From: Mycolicibacterium smegmatis
GTDB taxonomy: Bacteria; Actinomycetota; Actinomycetes; Mycobacteriales; Mycobacteriaceae
Reading direction: 5' to 3'
DNA length: 32,000 bases
NCBI RefSeq assembly: GCF_001457595.1
Contig: NZ_LN831039.1
Location: forward strand, 5,190,001 to 5,222,000
The notes beneath the pieces were generated by a model. That model made no database searches and was not told the origin of the DNA. It worked only from the letters and a program-made list of their open reading frames with translations. Both the position numbers and the translations under genes were made by a program. Shown here one piece after another: positions 1-9,906 of the stretch (position 1 is its first letter; every line of letters starts with the position of its first letter).

Positions 1-3
1 CGT

Positions 4-402
4 CTAGGTCGCGTCGGGGTCGAACACCGGCCCGGCGGGCTTGTCCGGCTTCTCTTCGGGCTTGTCCTGCGCGGCCGGGGTCTGCGGCTGCTGCTTGGGA
101 CGCTCGTCGTCGAACTTGCCGGTGAGGAACGAATCGTCGCCGTCGAGCAAATGTTTGGTGATCGCCGCGCGGGGCGTCATGCCGCGCAGCTTCTGCAGTT
201 CCTGCAGCGGCTCACGCAGATCGTCGAACTCGGGCCCCAGATCCTGACGCAGCTGGCTGGTGGCGCCGCTGACGTAGTCACGGGCCTGGCGCAGCGCGCC
301 CGACGTCCACCGGATCGCACCGGGCAGGCGTTCGGGGCCGAGGATCACCAGACCCGCGATGACCAGCACGAGCATCTCGCCCCATCCGATGTTGGCGAAC
401 AT
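4..402 (-). CDS. tatB: Sec-independent (Tat) protein translocase subunit TatB
   Basis: 132-aa ORF. The N-terminus [27 protein letters not shown] is the canonical TatA/B transmembrane helix plus hinge, followed by an amphipathic region and a Pro/Glu/Lys-rich tail. It lies 2 nt downstream of htrA, as in the mycobacterial sigE-rseA-htrA-tatB cluster (Rv1224 position). Confidence 0.9.
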
Positions 403-404
403 CG

Positions 405-1949
<1,545 letters not shown>

Positions 1950-2348
1950 CTACCGGCGCTTACGCCGGCCCCGCGTCGGGTCATCGGCGAACTTGGCCTG
2001 CTCAGACACGTCCGGCGTCACCTCTGGGGTGCGGTGCGGGATCTGCGACAACATCCCCAACAACGAGTTCGGGATCGCGATGGGACACGACTCCCGCAGC
2101 GCCGTACGCGCCTGGCTCTGCGCGTCGACCTCGGCCGCGCATTCCGGACACAGCGACAGGTGGTGGGCGGCGCGCAGGTGCGCCGACATCCGCAGCTCAC
2201 CGTCGACGAACGCCGCGATCGCCTCGACCGACAGGTGCTCGGTCGAACCGAACTGCCGCGGGGCGCCGACAGGTGCGTCGCTCTGAGAGGCGAACTGCGA
2301 CGGCAGCCAGGAGAACGCCCGACGGAACACATGTCCCGGGTCCGCCAT
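1950..2348 (-). CDS. rseA: anti-sigma-E factor RseA (zinc-binding ZAS type)
   Basis: Same frame as track ORF 1950-2387. I place the start at ATG 2348 (MADPGHVFRRAFSWLPSQFASQSDAPVGAPRQF...) because GAGAGGAG lies 7 nt upstream and this N-terminus matches mycobacterial RseA as I recall it. HxxxCxxC motif present (HLSLCPEC). Located immediately downstream of sigE. Confidence 0.9.
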   Translation of the reverse strand: MADPGHVFRRAFSWLPSQFASQSDAPVGAPRQFGSTEHLSVEAIAAFVDGELRMSAHLRAAHHLSLCPECAAEVDAQSQARTALRESCPIAIPNSLLGMLSQIPHRTPEVTPDVSEQAKFADDPTRGRRKRR

Positions 2349-2436
2349 CACCCAGCTCCTCTCGGTTCGCACAAGCCTTTGCCTCACCTGTTCTCAGTCC
2401 TGAATGTAGCGCGCGAAGCTGTGATCGACATCCAGC

Positions 2437-3210
2437 TCAGGCGGACTGTGCGGTTTCCGACGAATGCTTGGCGAGGTAATCGCGAAGCTGCTGCCTGCCG
2501 CGGTGGATGCGGCTGCGCACAGTTCCGAGCTTGACGCCCAGCGTGGCGCCGATCTCCTCGTAGGACAGACCCTCGATGTCGCACAGGACCACCGCGGCGC
2601 GGAACTCCGGAGGCAGCGAGTCGAGGGCGGCCTGCAGATCCGCACCCAGGCGCGAATCGTGGTAGATCTGCTCGGGGTTCGGATCCTCGGCGGGCACGCG
2701 GTCGTAGTCCTCGGGCAGCGCCTCCATGCGGATACGCCCGCGGCGGCGCACCATGTCGAGGAAAAGGTTGGTGGTGATGCGGTGCAGCCAGCCCTCGAAG
2801 GTGCCCGGCTGGTAGTTCTGCACCGAGCGGAACACGCGGATGAACGTCTCCTGCGTCAGGTCCTCGGCGTCGTGCTGATTGCCCGACAAGCGGTAGGCGA
2901 GCCGGTAGACCCGGTCGGCGTGCTGACGCACCAATTCGTCCCAGGACGGCATGGCCGCCTGGTCACCGGTGGCATCGAATACCGCGGTGCCGGTCGGCTC
3001 GTCGGACGGCTCCACCCAGTCACTGTCGGTGAACTGTTCGAGGTGGGCCATCGAGACGGGGGCGGCGTGGGTCGCGGTGACGGGCTGCGATGCGATGGTG
3101 GTTGAACCCTCCTGCTCGTGAACTGCGTTGTTCTCGATTTGCTCAACACGAATTACAACGTGGTTGTTCCCGGCACGCACTTGGCTGGCGCGACGGTCGT
3201 CGTGTTCCAT
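2437..3210 (-). CDS. sigE: ECF RNA polymerase sigma factor SigE
   Basis: 257-aa ORF. Region 2 ([39 protein letters not shown]) and region 4 HTH ([32 protein letters not shown]) are near-identical to M. tuberculosis SigE as I recall it. The N-terminal ~55 aa are poorly conserved, so shorter isoforms from internal starts (e.g. Met54, MAHLEQ) are possible. Confidence 0.93.
   Translation of the reverse strand: MEHDDRRASQVRAGNNHVVIRVEQIENNAVHEQEGSTTIASQPVTATHAAPVSMAHLEQFTDSDWVEPSDEPTGTAVFDATGDQAAMPSWDELVRQHADRVYRLAYRLSGNQHDAEDLTQETFIRVFRSVQNYQPGTFEGWLHRITTNLFLDMVRRRGRIRMEALPEDYDRVPAEDPNPEQIYHDSRLGADLQAALDSLPPEFRAAVVLCDIEGLSYEEIGATLGVKLGTVRSRIHRGRQQLRDYLAKHSSETAQSA
3144..3171 (-). promoter_or_regulatory. 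candidate ECF (SigH/SigE-type) promoter inside the 5' part of the annotated sigE ORF: GGGAACA-N17-GTTG
   Basis: Minus strand reads GGGAACA (3171-3165), a 17-nt spacer, then GTTG (3147-3144). This fits the GGAAC...GTT architecture of mycobacterial group-4 sigma promoters. An AGGAGGG and Met54 lie downstream. Motif match only. Confidence 0.35.
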
Positions 3211-3386
3211 GCGGGATACAGTTCCCCATGCCGGTGTGGCAGGTATATGAGCAAACTGAACTTTCGCTGAGAAACCCGACCATACGGCTTTTCACCTGCG
3301 AAAACCAGTGAGATTTTCACGACGCGCGCCTTAGCACGTCGGTGTGTCGCAGTACGGACGCAAGGCTGTCGCCTACGCTGCGGAAC

Positions 3387-4019
3387 ATGGCCAGCTCAGC
3401 CGAGGCGATCGTCACGCACGCAGAACGGTCGATCTCCGAGGACGCGATCGTCGCGGCGGCCCGCGAGCGCGCCGATGACATCGGCGCCGGAGCCGTCACC
3501 CCCGCGGTCGGTGCGCTGCTGAGCGTGCTGGCGCGCCTCACCGGCGGTCGCGCCGTGGTCGAGGTCGGCACCGGCGCGGGCGTGAGCGGCCTGTGGTTGC
3601 TGTCGGGGATGCGCGACGACGGCGTGCTGACCACGATCGACGTCGAACCCGAGCACCAGCGCATCGCCAAGCAGGGCTTCTCCGAGGCCGGCGTCGGGCC
3701 GGGGCGCACCCGGCTGATCAGCGGACGCGCGCAGGAAGTACTCACGCGCCTGGCCGACGAGTCCTACGACCTGGTGTTCATCGACGCCGACCCGGTCGAC
3801 CAGCCGCAGTTCGTGGTCGAGGGTGTGCGTCTGTTGCGTTCGGGCGGCGCGATCGTCGTGCACCGCGCCGCGCTGGGCGGACGCGCAGGCGACGCCAGCG
3901 CGCGCGACGCCGAGGTCACCGCGGTGCGCGAGGCCGCGCGCCTGATAGCCGAGGACGAGCGGCTCACCCCGGTGCTGATCCCCCTCGGCGACGGCCTTCT
4001 CGCCGCCGTCCGCGACTGA
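3387..4019 (+). CDS. class I SAM-dependent O-methyltransferase (caffeoyl-CoA OMT-like, Rv1220c-like)
   Basis: SAM motif [16 protein letters not shown] and DLVFIDAD. Strong similarity to Rv1220c from ...[34 protein letters not shown] onward. Start uncertain: ATG 3387 (MASSAEA) is preferred and GTG 3342 is the longest alternative. Confidence 0.85.
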   Translation: MASSAEAIVTHAERSISEDAIVAAARERADDIGAGAVTPAVGALLSVLARLTGGRAVVEVGTGAGVSGLWLLSGMRDDGVLTTIDVEPEHQRIAKQGFSEAGVGPGRTRLISGRAQEVLTRLADESYDLVFIDADPVDQPQFVVEGVRLLRSGGAIVVHRAALGGRAGDASARDAEVTAVREAARLIAEDERLTPVLIPLGDGLLAAVRD

Positions 4020-4076
4020 CTTTTCTCTCCGCGACTTTTCACGAAATCGTGCCGCGCCAGCCCCTTCCCTTTGGGC

Positions 4077-4111
4077 TGAACATGCGTTTAGCATGTTGAA
4101 CATGCGTTTAG
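4077..4111. promoter_or_regulatory. putative TetR operator: 15-bp perfect direct repeat containing back-to-back palindromes
   Basis: TGAACATGCGTTTAG occurs at 4077-4091 and again at 4097-4111, a 20-bp phase. AACATGC (4079-4085) / GCATGTT (4091-4097) / AACATGC (4099-4105) form two overlapping inverted repeats. The element abuts or overlaps the candidate start codons of the TetR gene. Confidence 0.5.
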
Positions 4112-4761
4112 TGGACGATCGAACCGCGATGGCCCGGATCCGTGACACCGCGATCGAGCAGTTCGGGCAGCACGGGTTCAACGTGGGCCTGCGCAGCATC
4201 GCCGAGGCCGCGGGGGTCAGCGCGGCACTCGTGATCCACCACTTCGGTTCCAAGGAGGGCCTGCGCAAGGCATGTGACGACCACGTCGCCGAGGTCATCC
4301 TCGAGCTCAAGACCGAATCCATGCACGCATCCGATCCGGCGACCTGGCTGGCCTACGTGGCCGAGATCGAGTCGTACGCGCCGCTGATGGCCTATCTCGT
4401 GCGCAGCATGCAGTCCGGCAGCGAACTGGCGAAGAAGTTCTGGCGCCGGATGGTCGACAACGCCGAGCAGTACCTCGAAGAAGGCGTCCGCACCGGCATG
4501 CTCAAGCCCAGCCGTGACCCGCGGGCACGTGCCCGGTTCCTCGCGATCTGCGGCGGTGGCGGGTTCCTGCTCTACCTGCAGATGCACGACAACCCGACGG
4601 ATCTGCGTGCCGTACTGCGCGATTACGGCGAGGACATGATGCTGCCCGCCCTCGAGATCTACAGCCACGGCCTGATGGCCGACACCACGATGTACGAGAC
4701 CTTCCTGCACCAACGCGAAGCCGGCGTCCCGTTCACCGGCACCTCGGAGGAGGCGACATGA
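4111..4761 (+). CDS. TetR-family transcriptional regulator (Rv1219c/RaaS-like) of the downstream ABC efflux pair
   Basis: HTH segment GLRSIAEAAGVSAALVIHHFGSKEGLRKACDDHV. Its stop overlaps the ABC ATPase start (ATGA at 4758-4761). Start ambiguous among ATG 4093, ATG 4102, GTG 4111 and ATG 4129. GTG 4111 gives an N-terminal length closest to Rv1219c as I recall it. Confidence 0.88.
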   Translation: MDDRTAMARIRDTAIEQFGQHGFNVGLRSIAEAAGVSAALVIHHFGSKEGLRKACDDHVAEVILELKTESMHASDPATWLAYVAEIESYAPLMAYLVRSMQSGSELAKKFWRRMVDNAEQYLEEGVRTGMLKPSRDPRARARFLAICGGGGFLLYLQMHDNPTDLRAVLRDYGEDMMLPALEIYSHGLMADTTMYETFLHQREAGVPFTGTSEEAT

Positions 4762-5660
4762 CACGCTCATCGGTCGCGGTCGAGATCCACGGACTGACAA
4801 AGTCTTTCGGGCGCACCAGGGCGCTCGACGGTCTCGACATGACAGTGCCGTACGGCCACATCGTGGGTTTTCTCGGCCCCAACGGCGCGGGGAAGTCCAC
4901 CACGATCCGCGTGCTGCTGGGACTGTTGCGTGCCGAACGCGGCACGGTGCGCCTGCTCGGCGGCGACCCTTGGCACGACGCCGTGGAACTGCACCGCCGC
5001 ATCGCCTACGTACCGGGCGATGTCATGTTGTGGCCCAACCTCACCGGGATGCAGGCCATCGATTTCCTGTGCGGCCTGCGCGGCGACGGCGTCGATGTGC
5101 GCAGACGCAATCAGTTGATCGACCGGTTCGAACTGGATCCCCACAAAAAGGCGCGCACGTACTCGAAGGGCAACCGGCAGAAGGTCGCGATCATCGCGGC
5201 GTTCTCGTGCGAGGCCGATCTCTACATCCTCGACGAGCCGACCTCAGGCCTGGACCCCTTGATGGAACAGGCCTTTCAGCAGTGCGTCACCGAGGTGGCC
5301 GGGCGCGGCGCCGCGGTGCTGCTGTCGAGTCACATCCTCGCCGAGGTCGAGAAACTGTGTGACGACGTGACGATCATCCGCTCGGGGCGCACCGTGCGTT
5401 CCGGGACACTGGCCGAACTGCGGCACCTGATGCGCACCACGGTGACGGTGCGCACACACTCGGACGGCCGCGTTCTGCGCGATGTGCCCTATGTCCACGA
5501 CTTCGATTGCCGCGACGGGCAATTGCGCTTCTCGGTGGACCGCACCGACCTGGAGTTCGTCATGGAACACCTGATCGACCTGGGTATCGACGACCTGACC
5601 GTCACGCCCGCCTCGCTGGAGGACATGTTCCTGCGGGAGTATCAGGGAGCCGTCCCGTGA
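4758..5660 (+). CDS. ABC transporter ATP-binding protein (Rv1218c-like, ABC-2/DrrA type)
   Basis: Walker A GPNGAGKST, signature-like YSKGNRQKV, Walker B LYILDEPTSGLD. GGAGGAGG lies 5 nt upstream of ATG 4758. Shows 4-nt overlaps with both neighbouring genes. Confidence 0.93.
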   Translation: MTRSSVAVEIHGLTKSFGRTRALDGLDMTVPYGHIVGFLGPNGAGKSTTIRVLLGLLRAERGTVRLLGGDPWHDAVELHRRIAYVPGDVMLWPNLTGMQAIDFLCGLRGDGVDVRRRNQLIDRFELDPHKKARTYSKGNRQKVAIIAAFSCEADLYILDEPTSGLDPLMEQAFQQCVTEVAGRGAAVLLSSHILAEVEKLCDDVTIIRSGRTVRSGTLAELRHLMRTTVTVRTHSDGRVLRDVPYVHDFDCRDGQLRFSVDRTDLEFVMEHLIDLGIDDLTVTPASLEDMFLREYQGAVP

Positions 5661-7219
5661 TCACCGGCGCAGGCGCCCTGGTACGTCTGGCGCTGCGGCG
5701 CGACCGGGTGCGCCTGGCCGTCTGGATCGCGGTGCTGACGTCGACGATGGTGTACGCACCCAACACCATCCGTATGACGTATCCCGATGAGGCGCAAAGG
5801 CAGTCACGGGTCGAGCTGCTCAAGACCCCGGCCGGCATGATGCTGGGTGGCCCGATGTTCGGCGTCAACGAGACCGACCTCGGGGCCATGATGGCCAACG
5901 AGTTGATGCTGACGCTCATGGTCGCGGCGTCGATCCTGTCGATTCTCACCGTGATCCGCCACACGCGCGCCGAGGAAGAGAGCGGCGCGGCCGAACTCGT
6001 GCTGTCCTCGGTCGTGGGCCGCCATGCCCGCACCACCGCGGCGCTGGTCCTGGTGGCGGGTGTCAATGTCGTTCTCGCCGTGGCCATGACGCTGGCGATG
6101 ACGGTCAGCGGTTTCGCACCGGCCGACAGCGCCGCGATGTCTTTCGGTGTGTCGGGCGTGGCCATGGTGTTCGGTGCGCTCGCCGCGCTCACCGCGCAGA
6201 TGTGGCGCCAGGCGCGCGCGGCCACCGGCGCCGCGATGGCGGCCCTCGGTGTCGCCGCGCTGGTCCGCGGGGCCGGCGACGTGATCGACAACTCGGGCAG
6301 CCTCCTCAGTTGGTTCTCCCCGATCGCCTGGGCGCAGCAGATGCGCCCGTTCGTCGCGCTGCGCTGGTGGCCGTTCGCGTTGCTCGTGCTGCTCGCCGTG
6401 GCGCTCATCGCGCTGGCCGCCGTGGCCGAGGCGCGGCGCCAGTACGACGACGGCACCATTCCCGCGACCGGTGACCGGCCCGACGCGGCGCCGATCACCG
6501 GGGTCCTCGCTCTGCATGTGCGGCTGCACCGCGGGCAGACGATCGCCTGGGGCGTCGGATTGTTCGTGGCAGGCCTGGCTTTCGGGTCGATGACCAAGTC
6601 GCTGATGGACGCGGCTCACACCAACGAGTTGATCGCGCAGGTGCTGGCCGCACAGGGCCCTGACGGGGCGTACACCACCATGACGCAGTTCCTGGCGGCC
6701 GCGGCGGCGGCGTACACCGTGTCCGGGGTGCTGCGGTTGCACGACGACGAGCAGAACGGCCTGGCCGAGGCGGTGCTCGCCGGGCCGGTGTCGCGCTGGC
6801 GCTGGCTGCTCGGTGCGACCGCGGCCGCCGTGCTCGGTTCCGCGATGGTGTTGTTGTGTGCGGGTGTGGGCAACGGCCTTGGCGCGGGGCTCACGCTCGG
6901 CGACCTGCCGACCGTGGGACGCCTGGCGCTCGCCGCGCTGGCGTACCTTCCCGCGCTGGCGGTCATGGCCGCGGTCGCGACGCTGGCCGTCGCGCTGCGG
7001 ACGCCCTGGATCGCCTGGCTGGCAGTGACATTCGTGATCGTCGCGCTCTATCTCGGTGCGCTGTTGCGGCTGCCGCGCTGGCTTCTCGACCTGTCGCCGG
7101 TGGGTAGGACGACCGCCCCGATGGACTATCCGGTGACAGCTCTGGCCGTGATGACGGTTGTGGCAGTGCTTCTGGCGTGTGCGGCGGGCGGAATCTACCG
7201 CCGCCGCGACGCCGTCTGA
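5657..7219 (+). CDS. ABC transporter permease (Rv1217c-like, multi-pass)
   Basis: Track ORF 5507-7219. I start it at GTG 5657 (VITGAGALVRLALRRDRVRLAVWIAVL...), which overlaps the ATPase stop as GTGA. The upstream 50 codons lie inside the ATPase gene. The protein has many hydrophobic helices. Confidence 0.88.
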   Translation: MITGAGALVRLALRRDRVRLAVWIAVLTSTMVYAPNTIRMTYPDEAQRQSRVELLKTPAGMMLGGPMFGVNETDLGAMMANELMLTLMVAASILSILTVIRHTRAEEESGAAELVLSSVVGRHARTTAALVLVAGVNVVLAVAMTLAMTVSGFAPADSAAMSFGVSGVAMVFGALAALTAQMWRQARAATGAAMAALGVAALVRGAGDVIDNSGSLLSWFSPIAWAQQMRPFVALRWWPFALLVLLAVALIALAAVAEARRQYDDGTIPATGDRPDAAPITGVLALHVRLHRGQTIAWGVGLFVAGLAFGSMTKSLMDAAHTNELIAQVLAAQGPDGAYTTMTQFLAAAAAAYTVSGVLRLHDDEQNGLAEAVLAGPVSRWRWLLGATAAAVLGSAMVLLCAGVGNGLGAGLTLGDLPTVGRLALAALAYLPALAVMAAVATLAVALRTPWIAWLAVTFVIVALYLGALLRLPRWLLDLSPVGRTTAPMDYPVTALAVMTVVAVLLACAAGGIYRRRDAV

Positions 7220-7238
7220 TCTCGGACAGGAGGTTCCC

Positions 7239-7913
7239 GTGAAACTGTTACTTCAGGCCGTGGCGTCCGGAGTCTTGGGGCTGGCGTTCTTCGCGGTCGC
7301 GCTGTTCTGGCCCGCGGGCACGTTCGACTATTGGCAGGCATGGGTTTTCATCGCGGTGTTCCTCGCGGGCACGCTGATCCCGAGTTTCTATCTCGCGGTC
7401 ACCGATCCCGTCACGCTGCAGCGCCGCCTGCATGCCGGCCCGACCGCCGAGACGCGGAGCGCGCAGAAGGTGGCCGCGGTCGCGCTCGTGGTGGCCGTGC
7501 TCGCCGTGCTGATCGTCAGCGCGCTGGACCGTCGCTTCGGGTGGTCGTCGGTGCCCGCATGGCTCGCCCTGGCGGCCGATGTCGTGGTGGTGGTGAGCCT
7601 GGTGCTGTCGCAGGTGGTCATCTTCCAGAACCGCTTCGCCGCGGCCACCATCCGCGTCGAGGCCGAACAGCAGGTGATCTCGACCGGCATGTACGGCTGG
7701 GTGCGTCATCCCATGTACTCCTGGGCCCTGGTCATGATTCTCGCGTCGCCCGTGGCGCTCGGCTCGTTCTGGGCGTTGCTGGTCGCCACGGCAGGCCTGC
7801 CGGTGCTGGTTTTCCGCATCCTCGACGAGGAGAAGATGCTGGTCGCCGAACTGCGCGGCTACGACGAGTACCGGCAGAAGATCCGGTACCGGCTCGTGCC
7901 CGGCCTGTGGTGA
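7239..7913 (+). CDS. isoprenylcysteine carboxyl methyltransferase (ICMT/PEMT)-family membrane protein
   Basis: Motif GMYGWVRHPMYSWALVMILASPVALGS (RHPxY signature) and about 5 TM helices. Start at GTG 7239 preceded by GGACAGGAGG (7225-7234). The longer track ORF from 7158 would overlap the permease. Confidence 0.85.
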   Translation: MKLLLQAVASGVLGLAFFAVALFWPAGTFDYWQAWVFIAVFLAGTLIPSFYLAVTDPVTLQRRLHAGPTAETRSAQKVAAVALVVAVLAVLIVSALDRRFGWSSVPAWLALAADVVVVVSLVLSQVVIFQNRFAAATIRVEAEQQVISTGMYGWVRHPMYSWALVMILASPVALGSFWALLVATAGLPVLVFRILDEEKMLVAELRGYDEYRQKIRYRLVPGLW

Positions 7914-7926
7914 CGATAATGACGCT

Positions 7927-8544
7927 GTGGAGTTGCTGACCGGGTTCGGACTGGCCACCGCCGCAGGCCTGAACGCCTATATCCCGTTGCTGGCGCTGGG
8001 GTTGCTGTCGCGGTTCACCGACCTGGTCGCGCTGCCCGCCGGATGGGCCTGGCTGGAGAACGGTTGGGTGATGGCGATCGTCGCGGTGCTGCTCGTGGTC
8101 GAGATCGTCGCCGACAAGATTCCCGCGCTCGACACCGTCAACGACACCATCCAGACGTTCGTGCGGCCCACCGCCGGCGGAATCGTCTTCGGCTCGGGCA
8201 CCGCCGCCGAGACGGCCGCGGTCACCGATCCGGGAGCGTTCGCGCAGTCCGGTCAGTGGATCCCGGTCGCGATCGGGGTGGTGACGGCACTCGTCGTCTC
8301 GTTGACCAAGACCGCGGTGCGCCCTGCCGCGAACGTGGCCTCGGCGGGCGTGGCGGCGCCCGTGCTGTCGACGGTCGAGGACGTCACGAGCGTGGGTCTG
8401 GTGATCGTCGCGATCCTGCTGCCGGTCCTGGTGCTGGTGGCGTTGGCGCTGATGGCGTGGGGCGCTTTCCGGTTGTGGCGTTGGCGCAGACGACGCGCTA
8501 AATCCACACACCCTTCCCCACCGCAACCACTCCCCCCGCGCTGA
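7927..8544 (+). CDS. DUF4126-family integral membrane protein
   Basis: N-terminus [30 protein letters not shown] and ...[17 protein letters not shown]... are typical of DUF4126. GTG start. The Arg/Trp/Pro-rich C-tail overlaps the 3' end of convergent glgC by 47 nt. Confidence 0.8.
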   Translation: MELLTGFGLATAAGLNAYIPLLALGLLSRFTDLVALPAGWAWLENGWVMAIVAVLLVVEIVADKIPALDTVNDTIQTFVRPTAGGIVFGSGTAAETAAVTDPGAFAQSGQWIPVAIGVVTALVVSLTKTAVRPAANVASAGVAAPVLSTVEDVTSVGLVIVAILLPVLVLVALALMAWGAFRLWRWRRRRAKSTHPSPPQPLPPR

Positions 8545-9712
8545 TCGCGAAGCGCTCGCGGTCCTTGTCGAGATCGACGCCGACCATCTCGCCGGGGCCG
8601 ACGACGACGTTCTTGTCGAGGATCGCGTGGCGCACCACCGCGCCGCGTCCGATGCGCACACCCGGCATCAGCACGCTGCCCTCCACGATCGCGCCGTCGT
8701 CGACCACCACGTTCGACGACAGCACCGAGTTGCGCACCGATGCGGCCGAGATGATGCTGCCGGCGCCGACCACCGACTCCTGAGCCGAGCCGCCGTTGAC
8801 GAACTTGGCCGGGGCGAGGTTCTCGGACTCGCCGCGGATGGGCCAGCGCTTGTTGTACAGGTTGAACACCGGGTGCACCGACACCAGATCCATGTGGGCG
8901 TCGTAGAACGCATCGAGCGTTCCGACGTCGCGCCAATATCCGTGGTCGCGCTCGGTGGCCCCGGGCACCTCGTTGTTCTTGAAGTCGTAGACCGCGGCCA
9001 TACCGTCGGAGACGAGACGCGGGATGATGTCGCCGCCCATGTCGTGGTCGGAATGGTCGTCGTCGGCGTCGGCGCGGATCGCGTCGATGAGCACCTTCGT
9101 GGTGAAGATGTAGTTGCCCATCGAGACGAACGTCTGCTCGGGGTCGTCGGGCGTGCCGGGCGGGTCGGCGGGCTTCTCGATGAATTCACGGATGCGGCCC
9201 GACTCGTCGGCGTCGATGCACCCGAACGCGCTGGCCTCCGAGCGCGGCACCCGGATGCCCGCGACGGTGGCGCCCGCGCCGCTCTCGATGTGGAACTGCA
9301 TCATCTGCTCGGGGTCCATGCGGTACACGTGGTCGGCGCCGAAGATGATGATGTAGTCGGGATCCTCGTCGTAGATGAGGTTGAGCGACTGGTAGATGGC
9401 GTCGGCCGAACCGGTGTACCAGCGCGGGCCGAGGCGTTGCTGGGCGGGCACGGGCGTGATGTACTCACCGGCCAGACCGCTCAACCGCCAGTTCTGGCTG
9501 ATGTGCCGGTCGAGGGAGTGCGACTTGTATTGCGTGAGAACGCAAATTCGGAGATATCGGGCGTTGACCAGATTCGACAGCACGAAGTCGATCAGCCGGT
9601 ACGCACCCCCGAAGGGAACCGCTGGCTTGGCTCGGTCGGCCGTCAACGGATACAGCCGCTTGCCCTCTCCGCCGGCCAGGACAATGCCCAGCACATGTGG
9701 CAACTCCCTCAT
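8498..9712 (-). CDS. glgC: glucose-1-phosphate adenylyltransferase
   Basis: 404 aa. N-terminal nucleotide-binding motif [28 protein letters not shown] and a C-terminal left-handed beta-helix region. Rv1213 position, divergent from glgM. Confidence 0.96.
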   Translation of the reverse strand: MRELPHVLGIVLAGGEGKRLYPLTADRAKPAVPFGGAYRLIDFVLSNLVNARYLRICVLTQYKSHSLDRHISQNWRLSGLAGEYITPVPAQQRLGPRWYTGSADAIYQSLNLIYDEDPDYIIIFGADHVYRMDPEQMMQFHIESGAGATVAGIRVPRSEASAFGCIDADESGRIREFIEKPADPPGTPDDPEQTFVSMGNYIFTTKVLIDAIRADADDDHSDHDMGGDIIPRLVSDGMAAVYDFKNNEVPGATERDHGYWRDVGTLDAFYDAHMDLVSVHPVFNLYNKRWPIRGESENLAPAKFVNGGSAQESVVGAGSIISAASVRNSVLSSNVVVDDGAIVEGSVLMPGVRIGRGAVVRHAILDKNVVVGPGEMVGVDLDKDRERFAISAGGVVAVGKGVWI

Positions 9713-9906
9713 GGCTCAAACCTATCCGTCTGCCTGCCGTGCGGCATGCCAATGACACGATTCATCAACGCGATCCGGGTCGGCACGAGTTCGGTTTAAC
9801 CAAAATCAGCGCGCTACAAACGTCGAACAGAACACCGCTCGGTTCTCTGTCACGATCTCGGTGATCGCCTATGCGTGGGGGCCCGCTCACCATTACCGTT
9901 CCAGAT

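Noticed and set aside
1953-1968. Hairpin CCGGCG-CTTA-CGCCGG at the 3' end of rseA, considered as an attenuator before htrA
   Set aside because: It lies within coding sequence (encoding the RRKRR tail), is short and lacks a U-tract. It is probably a consequence of the Arg codons.
5507-5656. 50-codon N-terminal extension of the ABC permease ORF
   Set aside because: It lies inside the ATPase gene. GTG 5657 overlaps the ATPase stop (GTGA) and begins the hydrophobic permease sequence.
8627-9799. 390-aa plus-strand ORF antisense to glgC
   Set aside because: glgC on the minus strand is unambiguous. The antisense translation has an Arg/His/Val/Gly-rich composition typical of a mirrored frame.
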